A stretch of DNA of 62,618 bases, filler included, from Globobulimina sp. (GCA_003354225.1; 21 parts of 21 records of this genome joined end to end with filler, not necessarily neighbours in it); one strand, 5' to 3'; shown: positions 49,074 through 60,084, counted from the whole stretch's first letter. Notes: generated by a model from the sequence alone, not told the origin. Translations and numbers: made by a program.

Positions 49074-50295
49074 TTCAATCAGTGATAAAAAAACACCGGA
49101 GATGGCTGATATTTTTTGCAGTTATGGCAAAGCATACATTGAATCACATCCTATGCCCCTGGAACACTACAAAATCATGAATTCTATTGTAGTTTGTCGA
49201 ACCGCTGCATTGGGTGGCCATGTTGAAGTCTGCGATTCCTGCGGGAAAGAACAAAATTCTTACAACTCCTGTCGGAATCGGCATTGCCCTAAATGCCAGG
49301 CGCTTACTAAAGCAAGATGGATTGAAGCAAGGCAAGCAGAACTCCTACCAATTTCATATTTCCATAATGTATTTACCCTGCCACATGAACTCAATTTGAT
49401 CATTCTTATCAATAAGAAAATCATGCTGGATATTCTATTTAGGGCTGTATCAGCCACTTTGAAAGAATTTGCTCAAAATCCAAAATCCAGGTACAAGGAG
49501 GGGGGTAAAATTGGTTTTACTGCGATTCTTCACACCTGGGACCAAAAACTTCGTGACCATTTTCATCTTCACTGTGTGATACCAGCAGGATATCTCTCTC
49601 ATGACGGCAAGCGATGGATACATTCTAAAAAGAAATTTTTATTCCCAGTTAAAGCGCTATCAATGGTTTTTCGAGGTAAATTCGTGAAACTAATGGAAGA
49701 GGCATTCCATGACCTGATTTTCCCTGGCAAGATTGCTGATATTGGAACCAAAGCCGGGTTCAGAAAATTGAAAAAGCAATTATTCTCAAAAGATTGGGTT
49801 GTCTACTCGAAACAACCATTTGGCGGTCCTGAACAGGTGCTGGAATATTTAGGACGTTATGTGCACCGAGTCGCCATCTCAAATAATCGAATATTAGGCA
49901 TGGAAAACAACACGGTTACATTTTCTTATAAAGATCGTAAAAATGATGATGCGCTAAAAACCATGGTTCTTGATGCCAATGAATTTATCCGGCGTTTTCT
50001 TCTCCACGCTCTACCTAAAAGGTTTATGCGGATTCGTCATTGTGGACTTTTGGCAAACCGTTGCAAAAAAGGAAACATATTCAAATGTCGAAAGGTTCTA
50101 GGGCAGGATAATATACCTAATAATTTATCAGGTAAATCAGTAGAAGAGCTCATGTTGGAATTGACCGGCCAGGATATCTTTACATGTCCGTTCTGCAAAA
50201 TAGGAAAGTTGAATAAAACACTTAAAATCCCGGAACAAACTGGTCCTGGTTTTTTTGAACGATTGAATTTAACCACCATTAAGGACACATCATAG
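49057..50295 (+). CDS. IS91-family rolling-circle transposase (Zn-binding domain + Y2 HUH domain)
   Basis: CRTAALGG..CDSC..YNSCRNRHCPKC, VFTLP, HTW...HFHLH (HUH), YLGRY (Y2) and EFIRRFLLH.LP..F.RIRH.G. ATG 49057 has RBS GGAGGT and overlaps the integrase stop by 17 nt. Confidence 0.96.
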   Translation: MVKIANSISDKKTPEMADIFCSYGKAYIESHPMPLEHYKIMNSIVVCRTAALGGHVEVCDSCGKEQNSYNSCRNRHCPKCQALTKARWIEARQAELLPISYFHNVFTLPHELNLIILINKKIMLDILFRAVSATLKEFAQNPKSRYKEGGKIGFTAILHTWDQKLRDHFHLHCVIPAGYLSHDGKRWIHSKKKFLFPVKALSMVFRGKFVKLMEEAFHDLIFPGKIADIGTKAGFRKLKKQLFSKDWVVYSKQPFGGPEQVLEYLGRYVHRVAISNNRILGMENNTVTFSYKDRKNDDALKTMVLDANEFIRRFLLHALPKRFMRIRHCGLLANRCKKGNIFKCRKVLGQDNIPNNLSGKSVEELMLELTGQDIFTCPFCKIGKLNKTLKIPEQTGPGFFERLNLTTIKDTS

Positions 50296-50782
50296 ATCAA
50301 AAATGTTTTAGACTTGCGATTTTGATAGGTGCGTTATCAACGTAGGTGGATAGCTGCGCCTGCAACAGGCAAAGGTGACAAAAAAAGAAAAACAATGGTT
50401 AATAAATCAGCATTTAATATTAGAAAATTGAAAAATATAATACATTTTGTCATGAAAAAAGTTTTCTTTTTTAAAAACCCATCTAACAATCACAAACCCA
50501 GTCAATACAATCCCCATAGAAAGCCATCCAGCTAGTGTAACAGTTTTTCTTTAGGTTTAGTCCAATAAATTTAATCTATCATCTCTTAAGTATTAGGAAA
50601 ATTTAACTTTTGTTTCTCATGCTCGAATGAGTCTTATGATAACGGCTTTGGTAATAGATGAAAGATAAAATTCTATACATAANNNNNNNNNNNNNNNNNN
50701 NNNNNNNNNNNNNNNNNNNNNNNNNNTTAATTAATTAANNNNNNNNNNNNNNNNNNNNNNNNNNNNNNNNNNNNNNNNNNNN

Positions 50783-51397
50783 TGAATTGGAGAGCGCAGA
50801 CAACCGCGTTATTTCATCAATTACACTCAAATGACTCACTGTATTCGTGTCATCCTTTACATTGTTTGGCCTTTGTTGTAACCACAATTGCTGTGTTAAT
50901 ATACATTGCAATGTGGGCGATATATTAATATTTAATGAACCGATGGTTTTTTCCATATTTTCGTCATTATTAATATTATTCTGTTTTAATTCATCATTGG
51001 TATCTTTTTTATTTCGATTAAATAATTTTTTCATTCTATTTTTGCCTTTGTTTTGATTTGGTGCATTGACTGCATTTTGCCGGTTTTCCATTTGTTTTTT
51101 AGCACAAGATTGACAAATATCATATCCAATGGGATGATCCCAGCATCTCCCTTTTATACCTTTAGTGCAATGATATGCCGTCGCATCGGCTGCTATATGA
51201 CACCAACAATCATTGCAAAATACGGGCACAAAGGATTCATAAATAGTGTCTGCTCGAACTGGTACCATTTGAGTTTTGCATGGACAAAATGCAATTACGC
51301 CTTCATTCCCATCATCTTTTGGTGTTGGATATTGTTCTTCCTTTTTTTCGTCATCATTGTCTATTTTATCTTGTTTCTTTTTTCCTTTACGTCGCAT
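50783..51397 (-). CDS. Protein with ZZ-like Cys/His zinc finger, 3' partial
   Basis: FCNDC...YHC...HPIGYDICQSC. Confidence 0.55.
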
Positions 51398-51445
51398 TAT
51401 CAACTAATTGAGTGGTCAAGATCGAAATTAAACCCATTCTGAATC

Positions 51446-53509
51446 ATGGCACTGCATAATAGAGCTGATCGAAATCATCGAATCCGCACTGTGTCAGAAT
51501 TATCAGCATCAAGCCCTGGTTCCATTGTGTCTCGTTCCGTCAAAGCTGTTTCAATTGGCTCCAAATTGCAAGACACAAATTCAATTCAAAATGATGATGA
51601 AAATATCAAACAAAACAATAATAAACTTATTATTTACATTTCATTCTCTCTCATTTTATTAATATTTGTTGTTTCATTTATATTGTATTTTGTAAATACT
51701 ATCAATGGCATAACTTTATTAATTCTAAATTTGTTTATAATTTTAATATGTATATTTTTAGGATATTATTTTCATAAAATATTAAATGTATATGAAATGC
51801 ATATAAATTCATTAGAAAATCGTATATATGAATTACAAAATTATATAAATGACAATAATAAATATAATAATAAGAATAAACCATCAAATCAGTTTAAATC
51901 TTCATTGCCTCCAATCCCGAAACATATATTTAACCCATCTCACTCTCCTCCAACATACAATAAAATCCCATCTCACTCTCACGCTTCGAACCATACTAAT
52001 AATAAAAATGTGGATTTATTGCAAGGGTTTCGTAATGGAGAGTTATCGCAGCATTTACGACATAGCAGTCCCAATGATTTAGTATCAATGTTGCCGTTGA
52101 TATCAATGTGTATTCAATTATTACCATTTGGAATGAACAGAGAAAAGCAACATTTATTAAATATACTAAAAACCAGATCCGAATCAAATAAGTTTATCGC
52201 CCAACAAATGCATTATTTCTTGTTCTCATATTTTGATCAATACGACATTCGATGCTTATTTCAGAAGAATAAAATTATGAAATATGTCATGCAAACTATA
52301 AATTATTATAATAATATGAATAATATAAATGGCCGTAATAATAATAATAATAATAAACATATTTCCATCGAGAATTCAAGCAATTGGGCAGAAATCACAG
52401 AAAATCCCTTAGTTTATGAAAATAAGGGTGGCTCATTGACACCAGACCAACATAGACAGCACAAACACAAACAGTATGTGCAACAATTAAAAGAATTTCC
52501 ATCTTATGACCCAAATCTAGGTGCAATGCAAGTGCAATTTGATGAGAATTTATCGATTGAATATGACGATGTTGATCCAATACGTTTATATCGATTAGCA
52601 ATTGATAATAATTTAAAACCAGGTTGTCACATAAATATAAATGAAAAGTATTTTAATCATTTTTATGATCCAATCTATGGTATAGCCAATGTGCAACAAT
52701 TAATTATCAAAAAACAATTGAATTCAAACGCAAAACCATATTTAATTGAATGTTATACCGAGAACAATAAGTTATGTTCAACATTTATATTAAAAAAAGG
52801 TGATGATTTGCGTAAAGATGCAGCTGTTTTACAAATGTTTCGATTTATGAATTTGTTATGGAAAGAAAACAATTGTTTAGCACATGTACTGTGTTATAAA
52901 TGCATCCCTTTTGGTAATGATATTGGTATAATTGAGTTAATTGCTGATTGCACCGAATTGAAACATATAAATAATATAAACCAACAATTATTAAGCAAAA
53001 ATATTACCAATTTAATAAATGAGTCAGCGGGAAGTTTTGTTGCTTCCTTTGTTCTTGGTATAAGAGACCGCCATGACGAGAATATATTGATTCGTACTTG
53101 CGACTGTACATTATTTCATATTGATTTTGGATTTTTATTTGGTGAGAAAGCTGGCAATAATATGGTGTATGGCGGAGATACGGCAAAATTAGCCATTACA
53201 TCGAGTCTGCAAAAGATTATGGATAAATATAAACAAAATGGATGGAATGAATTTGTACATTTGGCGTGTAGCGCCTGGTGTATTTTGCGGGAACATTATC
53301 AGGAAATTTTAGATTTTACGAGGGTTTTATTTGGATTTACAAAATCTATCGAAGATATTGATATTTTCTTGAAAGATACACTAAAAATCGACAAAACTGA
53401 TGTTGAGGCAAAAAATTATATGCAACAAAAATTAATTAATGCACCAAAGAAATTGAAAACAAAAATTAAAAATAAAGTACATAATATAGCACAACAAATT
53501 AAGATATAA
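51446..53509 (+). CDS. PI3-kinase catalytic-domain protein with two N-terminal TM helices
   Basis: SNAKP, KKGDDLRKD, GIIELI, FVLGIRDRHDENIL and LFHIDFG; hydrophobic hairpin at about aa 60-108; complete intronless 687-aa ORF. Confidence 0.9.
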   Translation: MALHNRADRNHRIRTVSELSASSPGSIVSRSVKAVSIGSKLQDTNSIQNDDENIKQNNNKLIIYISFSLILLIFVVSFILYFVNTINGITLLILNLFIILICIFLGYYFHKILNVYEMHINSLENRIYELQNYINDNNKYNNKNKPSNQFKSSLPPIPKHIFNPSHSPPTYNKIPSHSHASNHTNNKNVDLLQGFRNGELSQHLRHSSPNDLVSMLPLISMCIQLLPFGMNREKQHLLNILKTRSESNKFIAQQMHYFLFSYFDQYDIRCLFQKNKIMKYVMQTINYYNNMNNINGRNNNNNNKHISIENSSNWAEITENPLVYENKGGSLTPDQHRQHKHKQYVQQLKEFPSYDPNLGAMQVQFDENLSIEYDDVDPIRLYRLAIDNNLKPGCHININEKYFNHFYDPIYGIANVQQLIIKKQLNSNAKPYLIECYTENNKLCSTFILKKGDDLRKDAAVLQMFRFMNLLWKENNCLAHVLCYKCIPFGNDIGIIELIADCTELKHINNINQQLLSKNITNLINESAGSFVASFVLGIRDRHDENILIRTCDCTLFHIDFGFLFGEKAGNNMVYGGDTAKLAITSSLQKIMDKYKQNGWNEFVHLACSAWCILREHYQEILDFTRVLFGFTKSIEDIDIFLKDTLKIDKTDVEAKNYMQQKLINAPKKLKTKIKNKVHNIAQQIKI

Positions 53510-53766
53510 CGATGTTATATAGCTAAGTAAATACAGTAAGTATTACGTTTTTCAATGTGTTTTTTGTTATTTTCCATTCCGTGTTATTGTGTTTTACCGG
53601 CATACTTACTAATTTTGTTTGATGTGTTTGATGTGGTAAATAGTCGCAATATGTCATCGATTTTCTNNNNNNNNNNNNNNNNNNNNNNNNNNNNNNNNNN
53701 NNNNNNNNNNTTAATTAATTAANNNNNNNNNNNNNNNNNNNNNNNNNNNNNNNNNNNNNNNNNNNN

Positions 53767-54613
53767 TCAGCGTTTCACAGTGAAACAATTAAAAGAGAAG
53801 TTAAGAAAAAAGAAGCTTCGCGTTTCAGGCAAAAAGCAGGTGCTGATTGATCGTCTTATCGAATGGAACAAGAATGTACATTCAAACGCTGACATGCAAT
53901 CTTTAAATATGGCGCTGTTAAAGAATGCAGAAGAAGCTCGGAAAAAAGCAAATCAAATGAGCGATATGGATAAGTATAAAATGAAGAAATATCTAAATGA
54001 TGTTATGGATAATAGCAATATTGCGCATATAGCGGAAACTCACACTTCTAATTCACACAACACACAAATAACCGGTTCGTTTCAGTTATGTTCAAAAAGT
54101 GAGTATTTGCAAGTTGTTGAGCAACAATGTATATTTTGGGAAAAGGAGTTGAATAAAATTCTGTTTGTAAATTTCGGAAAAAATAAATTTGAAACTTCAG
54201 ATGAATATTATATGCGAATATGTGCTGAGATGGAAACAGCGCTACAAAACGCAAATAATATGCTCGAGGCAAAGAAATTTGAGTTGCAAAGAGCACAGGA
54301 AAATTTATTGCTATTTTTTGCTCATTTTATCGGATTTTCAGCGAAAATGTATAAATTTTTGAAATATTTATTTCAAAATCCACCAAATGATAAAGGATGG
54401 CATAATTATAGAACGTATGACTTTGAAATGAGGCGAATTAAATGGATTTTAAAGCAAAAGAAAATATCAAAACAAGATGCAAGTTTAATGAAAATAGGTT
54501 TAGAGAGTGTTTGGAGAAATATGGACTTAGAATATGATGGCAATACACAACAATTTGACGGTAAATGTAAAGCAGATATTATTCGCCATTTGTTTATCCG
54601 GTGGAAATGTTAA
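53767..54613 (+). CDS. SAP-domain protein, 5' partial
   Basis: FTVKQLKEKLRKKKLRVSGKKQVLIDRL. Confidence 0.8.
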
Positions 54614-54770
54614 ATTATAATAGCATTTTTATTTAATTAAATTTAATATAAGCTTACCTCAAATAAAGTTTTCAAAGTAAATAATTACGATAATGGCTTC
54701 AGCAAATAATCCGCCAACTATTGTATGTTCGTTTATATGTATACTTAGTTGAAGAATATATATTTTTTCC

Positions 54771-55626
54771 ATGTCAAAGAATACAACAAATGGTTCAGCA
54801 TCAACATCCCCAGTACACTTAGATTCGCCGGCTGCTTTTGATATAACCACCTTTCCAAACGCATCAATGATAAAAATCGACACCACCACCAAAAACGTAA
54901 AGAAATATGTTGCGCCAGTCGCACAATTACGAGCATTACATAATATACCACAGCAAACTGAAATAATTCCTGAAACAGAAATTAAAATTTGCACAGACTC
55001 ACCAAAGCCACCAACATATAGCTATTTGCATCCATCGTATAGAGATAAAATATTACGAGTTATTGCTACGTGTCTTGCCTCAATCACTGCGCTCTTATTA
55101 GTTTTGTTTTGTTTTATTTTATTATATTCAATGTTTGTATACACACAAATTAAAAATGCGTATTTAATGTATATGTATACAGTTTTGTGCGATATGTCTT
55201 AATGATACAGCAAATGGCGAATATTGTACTGAAGGTAATTGTGATGTATACAAATGCCATTGGACAGGAATGACATTTGATGATGGAAATAAATCAAATA
55301 ATTCAAGTGCATATACAAAACAGTATGGTGCTGCATTTGTTTCTTTTATTTGTATAATATTCTCAATTTTATTGCTTATTATTGGTATATTGTATGTTCG
55401 GCCATTTCGGATTCTTCGAAGAGTGTGTATACCGATGCAGTTTGCTAGAATTATTTTTGTTGGGCCATTTCTATTGTTGTTAACATCCGTCATTGTATTT
55501 GTATTTGGTGATACAATGTGTTATGCAAATACAGGAAAGGATATTCATTTTGTGTTAGGTCCATCGATTATTTTGGATATTGTAGGAGTTGTTATTGTTT
55601 TTTTTGTGTTATTTATTGCATTGTGA
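54771..55626 (+). CDS. Hypothetical multi-pass membrane protein, multi-exon
   Basis: Two ORFs with about four TM helices separated by an AT-rich intron-like stretch; start uncertain. Confidence 0.5.
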
Positions 55627-55839
55627 TTACTTTTGCATAGTGTTAATTAGTTTTGTTTGTGATGTTTATTTTTGTATTGTAATTTTAATTGTTTTTTACT
55701 TAATTAATTTGCATGTTTATTGAAATGGTGACGTTCACTGTTTAATATGTACCGGGTGTTTTGTGTCTGAGTCATGCAATTTTACAGTTTTCAGCTCAGA
55801 ATATTTAGCAAGTAAAAGGTTCGTCAAAGTAATGTTCAA

Positions 55840-56380
55840 TATGGTAGTCAAAATAAGTTTATTTGTTCAATCATTATTATTAGTGTCAATAGGAAGCTCT
55901 TTACCAGATCAGCCCCCACTCGCTCCATTTGGATTATTGTTCATGTCTTTGCAGCAAACAATTGAAAGTGAACGATTGTATTATACTCAACAAATCAGTC
56001 AATTGAACCAAGAAGTGAATCATTTAAGACACATAATCGAAAAAGACAAACAAGATTATGTAACAGAACTGCGTTCCCTGACTCAACAAATAGATAATTG
56101 GGCCAACCTTTGGAGTACTCAGAACACAGAAATTAATAAGTTAAGGGAAGCTTCGTTGCCATCGGGTGTCCCTATATCAATACCAATTGCACCAACAATA
56201 CCTAACACACCAATATCTCGACAAACTGAACCAAGAGCAGTGGTTGGCCGTGTTATACGCAGGGGATTGGACCCTACTAAAAGAAAGAGAGACCTCTGCC
56301 GAATGTATGAGAATGAACAGTCATGTAAGTTTGGTGATGGCTGCGGTTTTGCTCACGGACCAGAAGAGCTCAGACTCTGA
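55840..56380 (+). CDS. Coiled-coil + single CCCH zinc-finger protein
   Basis: KRDLCRMYENEQSCKFGDGCGFAHGPEELR (TTP-like C-x8-C-x5-C-x3-H); start uncertain. Confidence 0.75.
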
Positions 56381-56750
56381 TTATTTGTACTAATTATTTT
56401 GCTGACTAATTATTTCATTTCTTTATAAGTCGCATGCCATTGATTCACACAACCTCAATGTTACTAATTAACTTAAGATTGCTGTGGCAATGCTGCCAGT
56501 TTGCTAATTAAAAAGAAAGTTTTATTTATGAATTATCGATGTGGACAAAATATTAAATTGTTTAATTTAATTTAAATTATTATTTGTTCAACCAAACAAA
56601 TAATCTTATCCCAAATAATAATACAATTCAGGAATTTCAGGGTTGGGTGGNNNNNNNNNNNNNNNNNNNNNNNNNNNNNNNNNNNNNNNNNNNNTTAATT
56701 AATTAANNNNNNNNNNNNNNNNNNNNNNNNNNNNNNNNNNNNNNNNNNNN

Positions 56751-56824
56751 ATCCCATATTTATAAGTTGTTGATAAATTGACAAAGAACCTTCTGTCAGT
56801 TCTGTTGAAGTGGTACTCCCCATA
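56751..56824 (-). CDS. 5' end of a probably myristoylated protein
   Basis: MGSTTSTELTEGSLSIYQQLINMG open to the contig edge. Confidence 0.4.
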
Positions 56825-56875
56825 ATTCCTTTGAGAATTGAGGGAAAGAAAACTTTACAAATTCTCACTCTAACC

Positions 56876-58462
56876 ATGCTGCGAAGACTTGTCGCTCGTT
56901 ATTCGCTGCATCATCCACAACATCAAACATACAGCACATTATGCAAAGAAGCAAACAAAGGCAACCTAATAGTTCAAAAATTTGGCGGAACGAGTTTAGG
57001 TTCACACGAAAAAATGCAAAAAGTGATAAATATCATTAAACAATTCAAGAATGAGAGTGATATTATTGTGGTGGTCTCTGCGTTGAGCAGTGATATTAAA
57101 TCGGAAGGAACAACCTCCAGATTGGTATTAGCGGCACAAGCAGCGGTCGAAAAAAAAGAATTCGAATCCTATTTGACACAAATTGAAGATACCCATCTCG
57201 ATATAATGTACACTCTGTTAAAGTCGCGCAATGCTCGCGAACAAATCAGAGCTGTCATATCCAACCAATTAAACGAAATCAGTACATTCTGCAGCTCTTT
57301 GTCTGTAATCCGCGAATTATCGCCACGTTCACACGACAAAATTATTGGTTGCGGCGAACGTATGGCCGCAGCACTGACCAGCGCTATTTTGAACGATCAA
57401 GGTTTTGATAGCAATTATGTTGACTTATCCAACATCTTTGACAATATTGACGCAAATAAACGTGACTTTGAGAAACTTATTAAAGCGGAAATTAAACAGA
57501 TAATAACAGAGGAAATAAATGCGGATAAAATCCCTGTTGTGACTGGTTTTTTTGGTCATGTCCATGGCGGCATTATCAATTCGATTGGGAGGGGTTATAC
57601 TGATTTGACCTCGGCGTTGTGTGCCGGCGCAATGAATGCAAAGTCATTGCAAGTCTGGAAAGAATCGGATGGGATATTTACGGGCAACCCAACCAAGGTA
57701 GAAAATGCTTGACTGTCATTACTATGTTATACTAATAGCAATATACAACAGATCGACGATGCTTATTTATTGTCGTCGGTGACGCCGGAAGAAGCTTCGG
57801 AGCTGACATGTTTTGGGAATGAAGTGTTACATCCCAACACTATGCGGTGTGCCATAAACGACAACATAGCCATTCAGATATTGAATACGTTTGAGCCGAA
57901 TGGTAGAGGAACGATAATAAATAAGGCGATAAACGCAAAAACAGAGAGTGGGCCGCATGGCATTATTGCGGTTTGCTCGAAGAAAGGGATAAATGTCATT
58001 AATTTGAGTGTTATTGAGCCGCATAGATATTTGGGCCATGTGTTTGAATTATTCAATAAACATAATGTTAAAATTGATTTGATATCGACATCAGTGACGA
58101 ATATGTCTGTAGCTATTCATGAGTCGGTGTCAATGCTGTCGATTAAGGATTTAATATATGATCTGGAGGAGTTTCATGGTTTGAATGGGAATATTCACTT
58201 AAATACGAATCGAAGCATTGTTAGTTGTATTGGTTCAGGAATGCATCATCAAATTGGTATTGCATCCAAAATATTTGCATGTTTAGCTCTGGAAAATATT
58301 AATATTGAAATGATATCACAAGGATCGTCAGAGATAAGCATAAGTGTTGTCATCCATTCTGATGACATGGATCAAGCAATCAAAGCAATACATAGAGATT
58401 ATATTGTTAGCGATGGACATCACCAAACGTTAACATCAATTGCTCAGTTTGAGGATGACTAA
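56876..58462 (+). CDS. lysC: Aspartokinase with two ACT domains and N-terminal presequence
   Basis: VQKFGGTS, EGTTSRL, GERMAA, GRGYTDLT, WKESDGIFTGNP, EVLHP, IDLISTS and EMISQGSSEISIS; GT-AG intron 57698-57751. Confidence 0.96.
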
Positions 58463-58604
58463 GTCCGTGACTTCAACAAAACTTCAATATCTAAGATCTC
58501 ACAGTTAGACTTGAAATAAAAAATAATGTACAAATCCGAAGTTCTGCAGTGTTTGTTCTGAAGTGCGAGGATTTTAAAGCGTGCAGTAGTTTGGGATATT
58601 CACA

Positions 58605-59634
58605 ATGATATCCAGACATTTGTGTAAGATTGGAAAGAGACATTTTAGTTACAGCGCAGCTCCAAATATAGCAATTGCAGGCAGCACAGGTGCAGTGGGT
58701 CAGGAATTGTTACAATTGATCGAGTCGAGAAATTTCCCGTATAATGATATCAAGTTTCTAGCCTCATCCAGATCTAAAGGACAAAAAACAAGATTCATGG
58801 GTAAAGATTATACAGTGGAAGAACTCGGAAACGATTCATTCAAAGACATAGATATTGCATTTTTTTCAGCTGGAGGTACGCAATCAAAACAATTTGCGTC
58901 CTCAGCCGTTAAATCTGGAGCTATTGTTATTGATAATTCATCCGCATTCCGAATGGATGAGAATATCCCATTGGTGATACCAGAGATAAACCCAATGCAA
59001 GCTTTGAATATATTGAAACAAGAAAGAAAAGGCGGTATAATGATGAACATTGCAGTATGGCCAATATATAAAAAAGTAGGTATTGATAGAATCATTGTAA
59101 GGTAGGCTCCAAATCATTTGTACAGATAACTCAACCAAATCTTACTTTTATTTTGCTGAACCAATCAAAAAATATGGTTATGTTACGTACAAATGATTGA
59201 TATATTGTGTATTAACTAAGTACCTATCAAGCAGCCAGCGGTTCGGGCTTAACTGCAATGAACGAATTAGAACAGCAAGCAGTGGATTGGGTGAATGGGG
59301 ATGCATTATGCGGATGGAATGGAAAACAATATATTTGGAACTTATTTTCACATAATTCTGATATTGATGCATTGAGTGGATACAACGAGGAGGAAATAAA
59401 AATGATCAATGAAACTAAAAAAATATTTGACGATAAGGCAATTAAGATAACGGCAACTTGTATTCGTGTACCTGTGTTAAGAGCACATTGCGAATCAATA
59501 AATTTGTCATTAAAGCATGGCATGGATGTGGATGAAGTGTATGAGTTGTTATCGAATGTTGAGGGAATATGCGTGGTTGATGATCGCGAGAAAAATAAAT
59601 TTCCGGAACCAATTGATGCGTCATTTGGTGATGA
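58605..59634 (+). CDS. asd: Aspartate-semialdehyde dehydrogenase (catalytic NPNC segment absent), 3' partial
   Basis: GSTGAVGQE, LASSRSKG, FFSAGG, IDNSSAFRMD..PLVIPEIN, STYQAASG, NLFSHN, GYNEEE.KM..ET and TCIRVPVLRAH; GT-AG intron 59102-59220. Confidence 0.95.
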
Positions 59635-59734
59635 NNNNNNNNNNNNNNNNNNNNNNNNNNNNNNNNNNNNNNNNNNNNTTAATTAATTAANNNNNNNNNN
59701 NNNNNNNNNNNNNNNNNNNNNNNNNNNNNNNNNN

Positions 59735-59984
59735 GTTGGTTATATACATTTTGCCATTTGCGATATGAATTTTGTGTGTTTAAATATGATGGCAATTTTG
59801 GAACATTGTGACTGTCCAATGTTTTGATTTTCAATATTTTAAACACCCACAAATAAAATAGGCGATTCATTATATTGCCAAATGTCGAGTTTGGGCTGTC
59901 GACGGGATGTAATGTATTGTAGTTATCATCAAAATCATCGGTTTCGCTGTTATGTATCGCAGTGTACTCATGTCGACGAAGCAT
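59735..59984 (-). CDS. Probable ABCC/MRP-type ABC transporter, N-terminal lasso region only
   Basis: GNIMNRLFYLWVFKILKIKTLDSHNVPKLP resembles the ABCC L0 motif; truncated by the contig edge. Confidence 0.5.
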
Positions 59985-60084
59985 TATCACAGCAACTTGG
60001 AAAGGTAGGATGCTCTTTGTTGTTGTGCGAGGATAATCGATCAAAAAACTTGACAGTCAGTCAGTCAGTAACTACTTCAACTGA

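Larger units (their letters stand above)
48046..50567 (+). mobile_element. IS91-family-like element encoding a tyrosine recombinase plus an HUH (Y2) transposase (bacterial contig)
   Basis: Two overlapping intronless genes with Shine-Dalgarno sites; 12/14 inverted boxes at 48046-48059 and 50554-50567. Exact ends are inferred. Confidence 0.8.

Noticed and set aside
2892-59734. Regularly spaced TTAATTAATTAA motif every ~2985 bp, and ORFs ending in X-runs
   Set aside because: Artificial linkers between size-sorted contigs; the periodicity and cross-linker gene neighbourhoods have no biological meaning.
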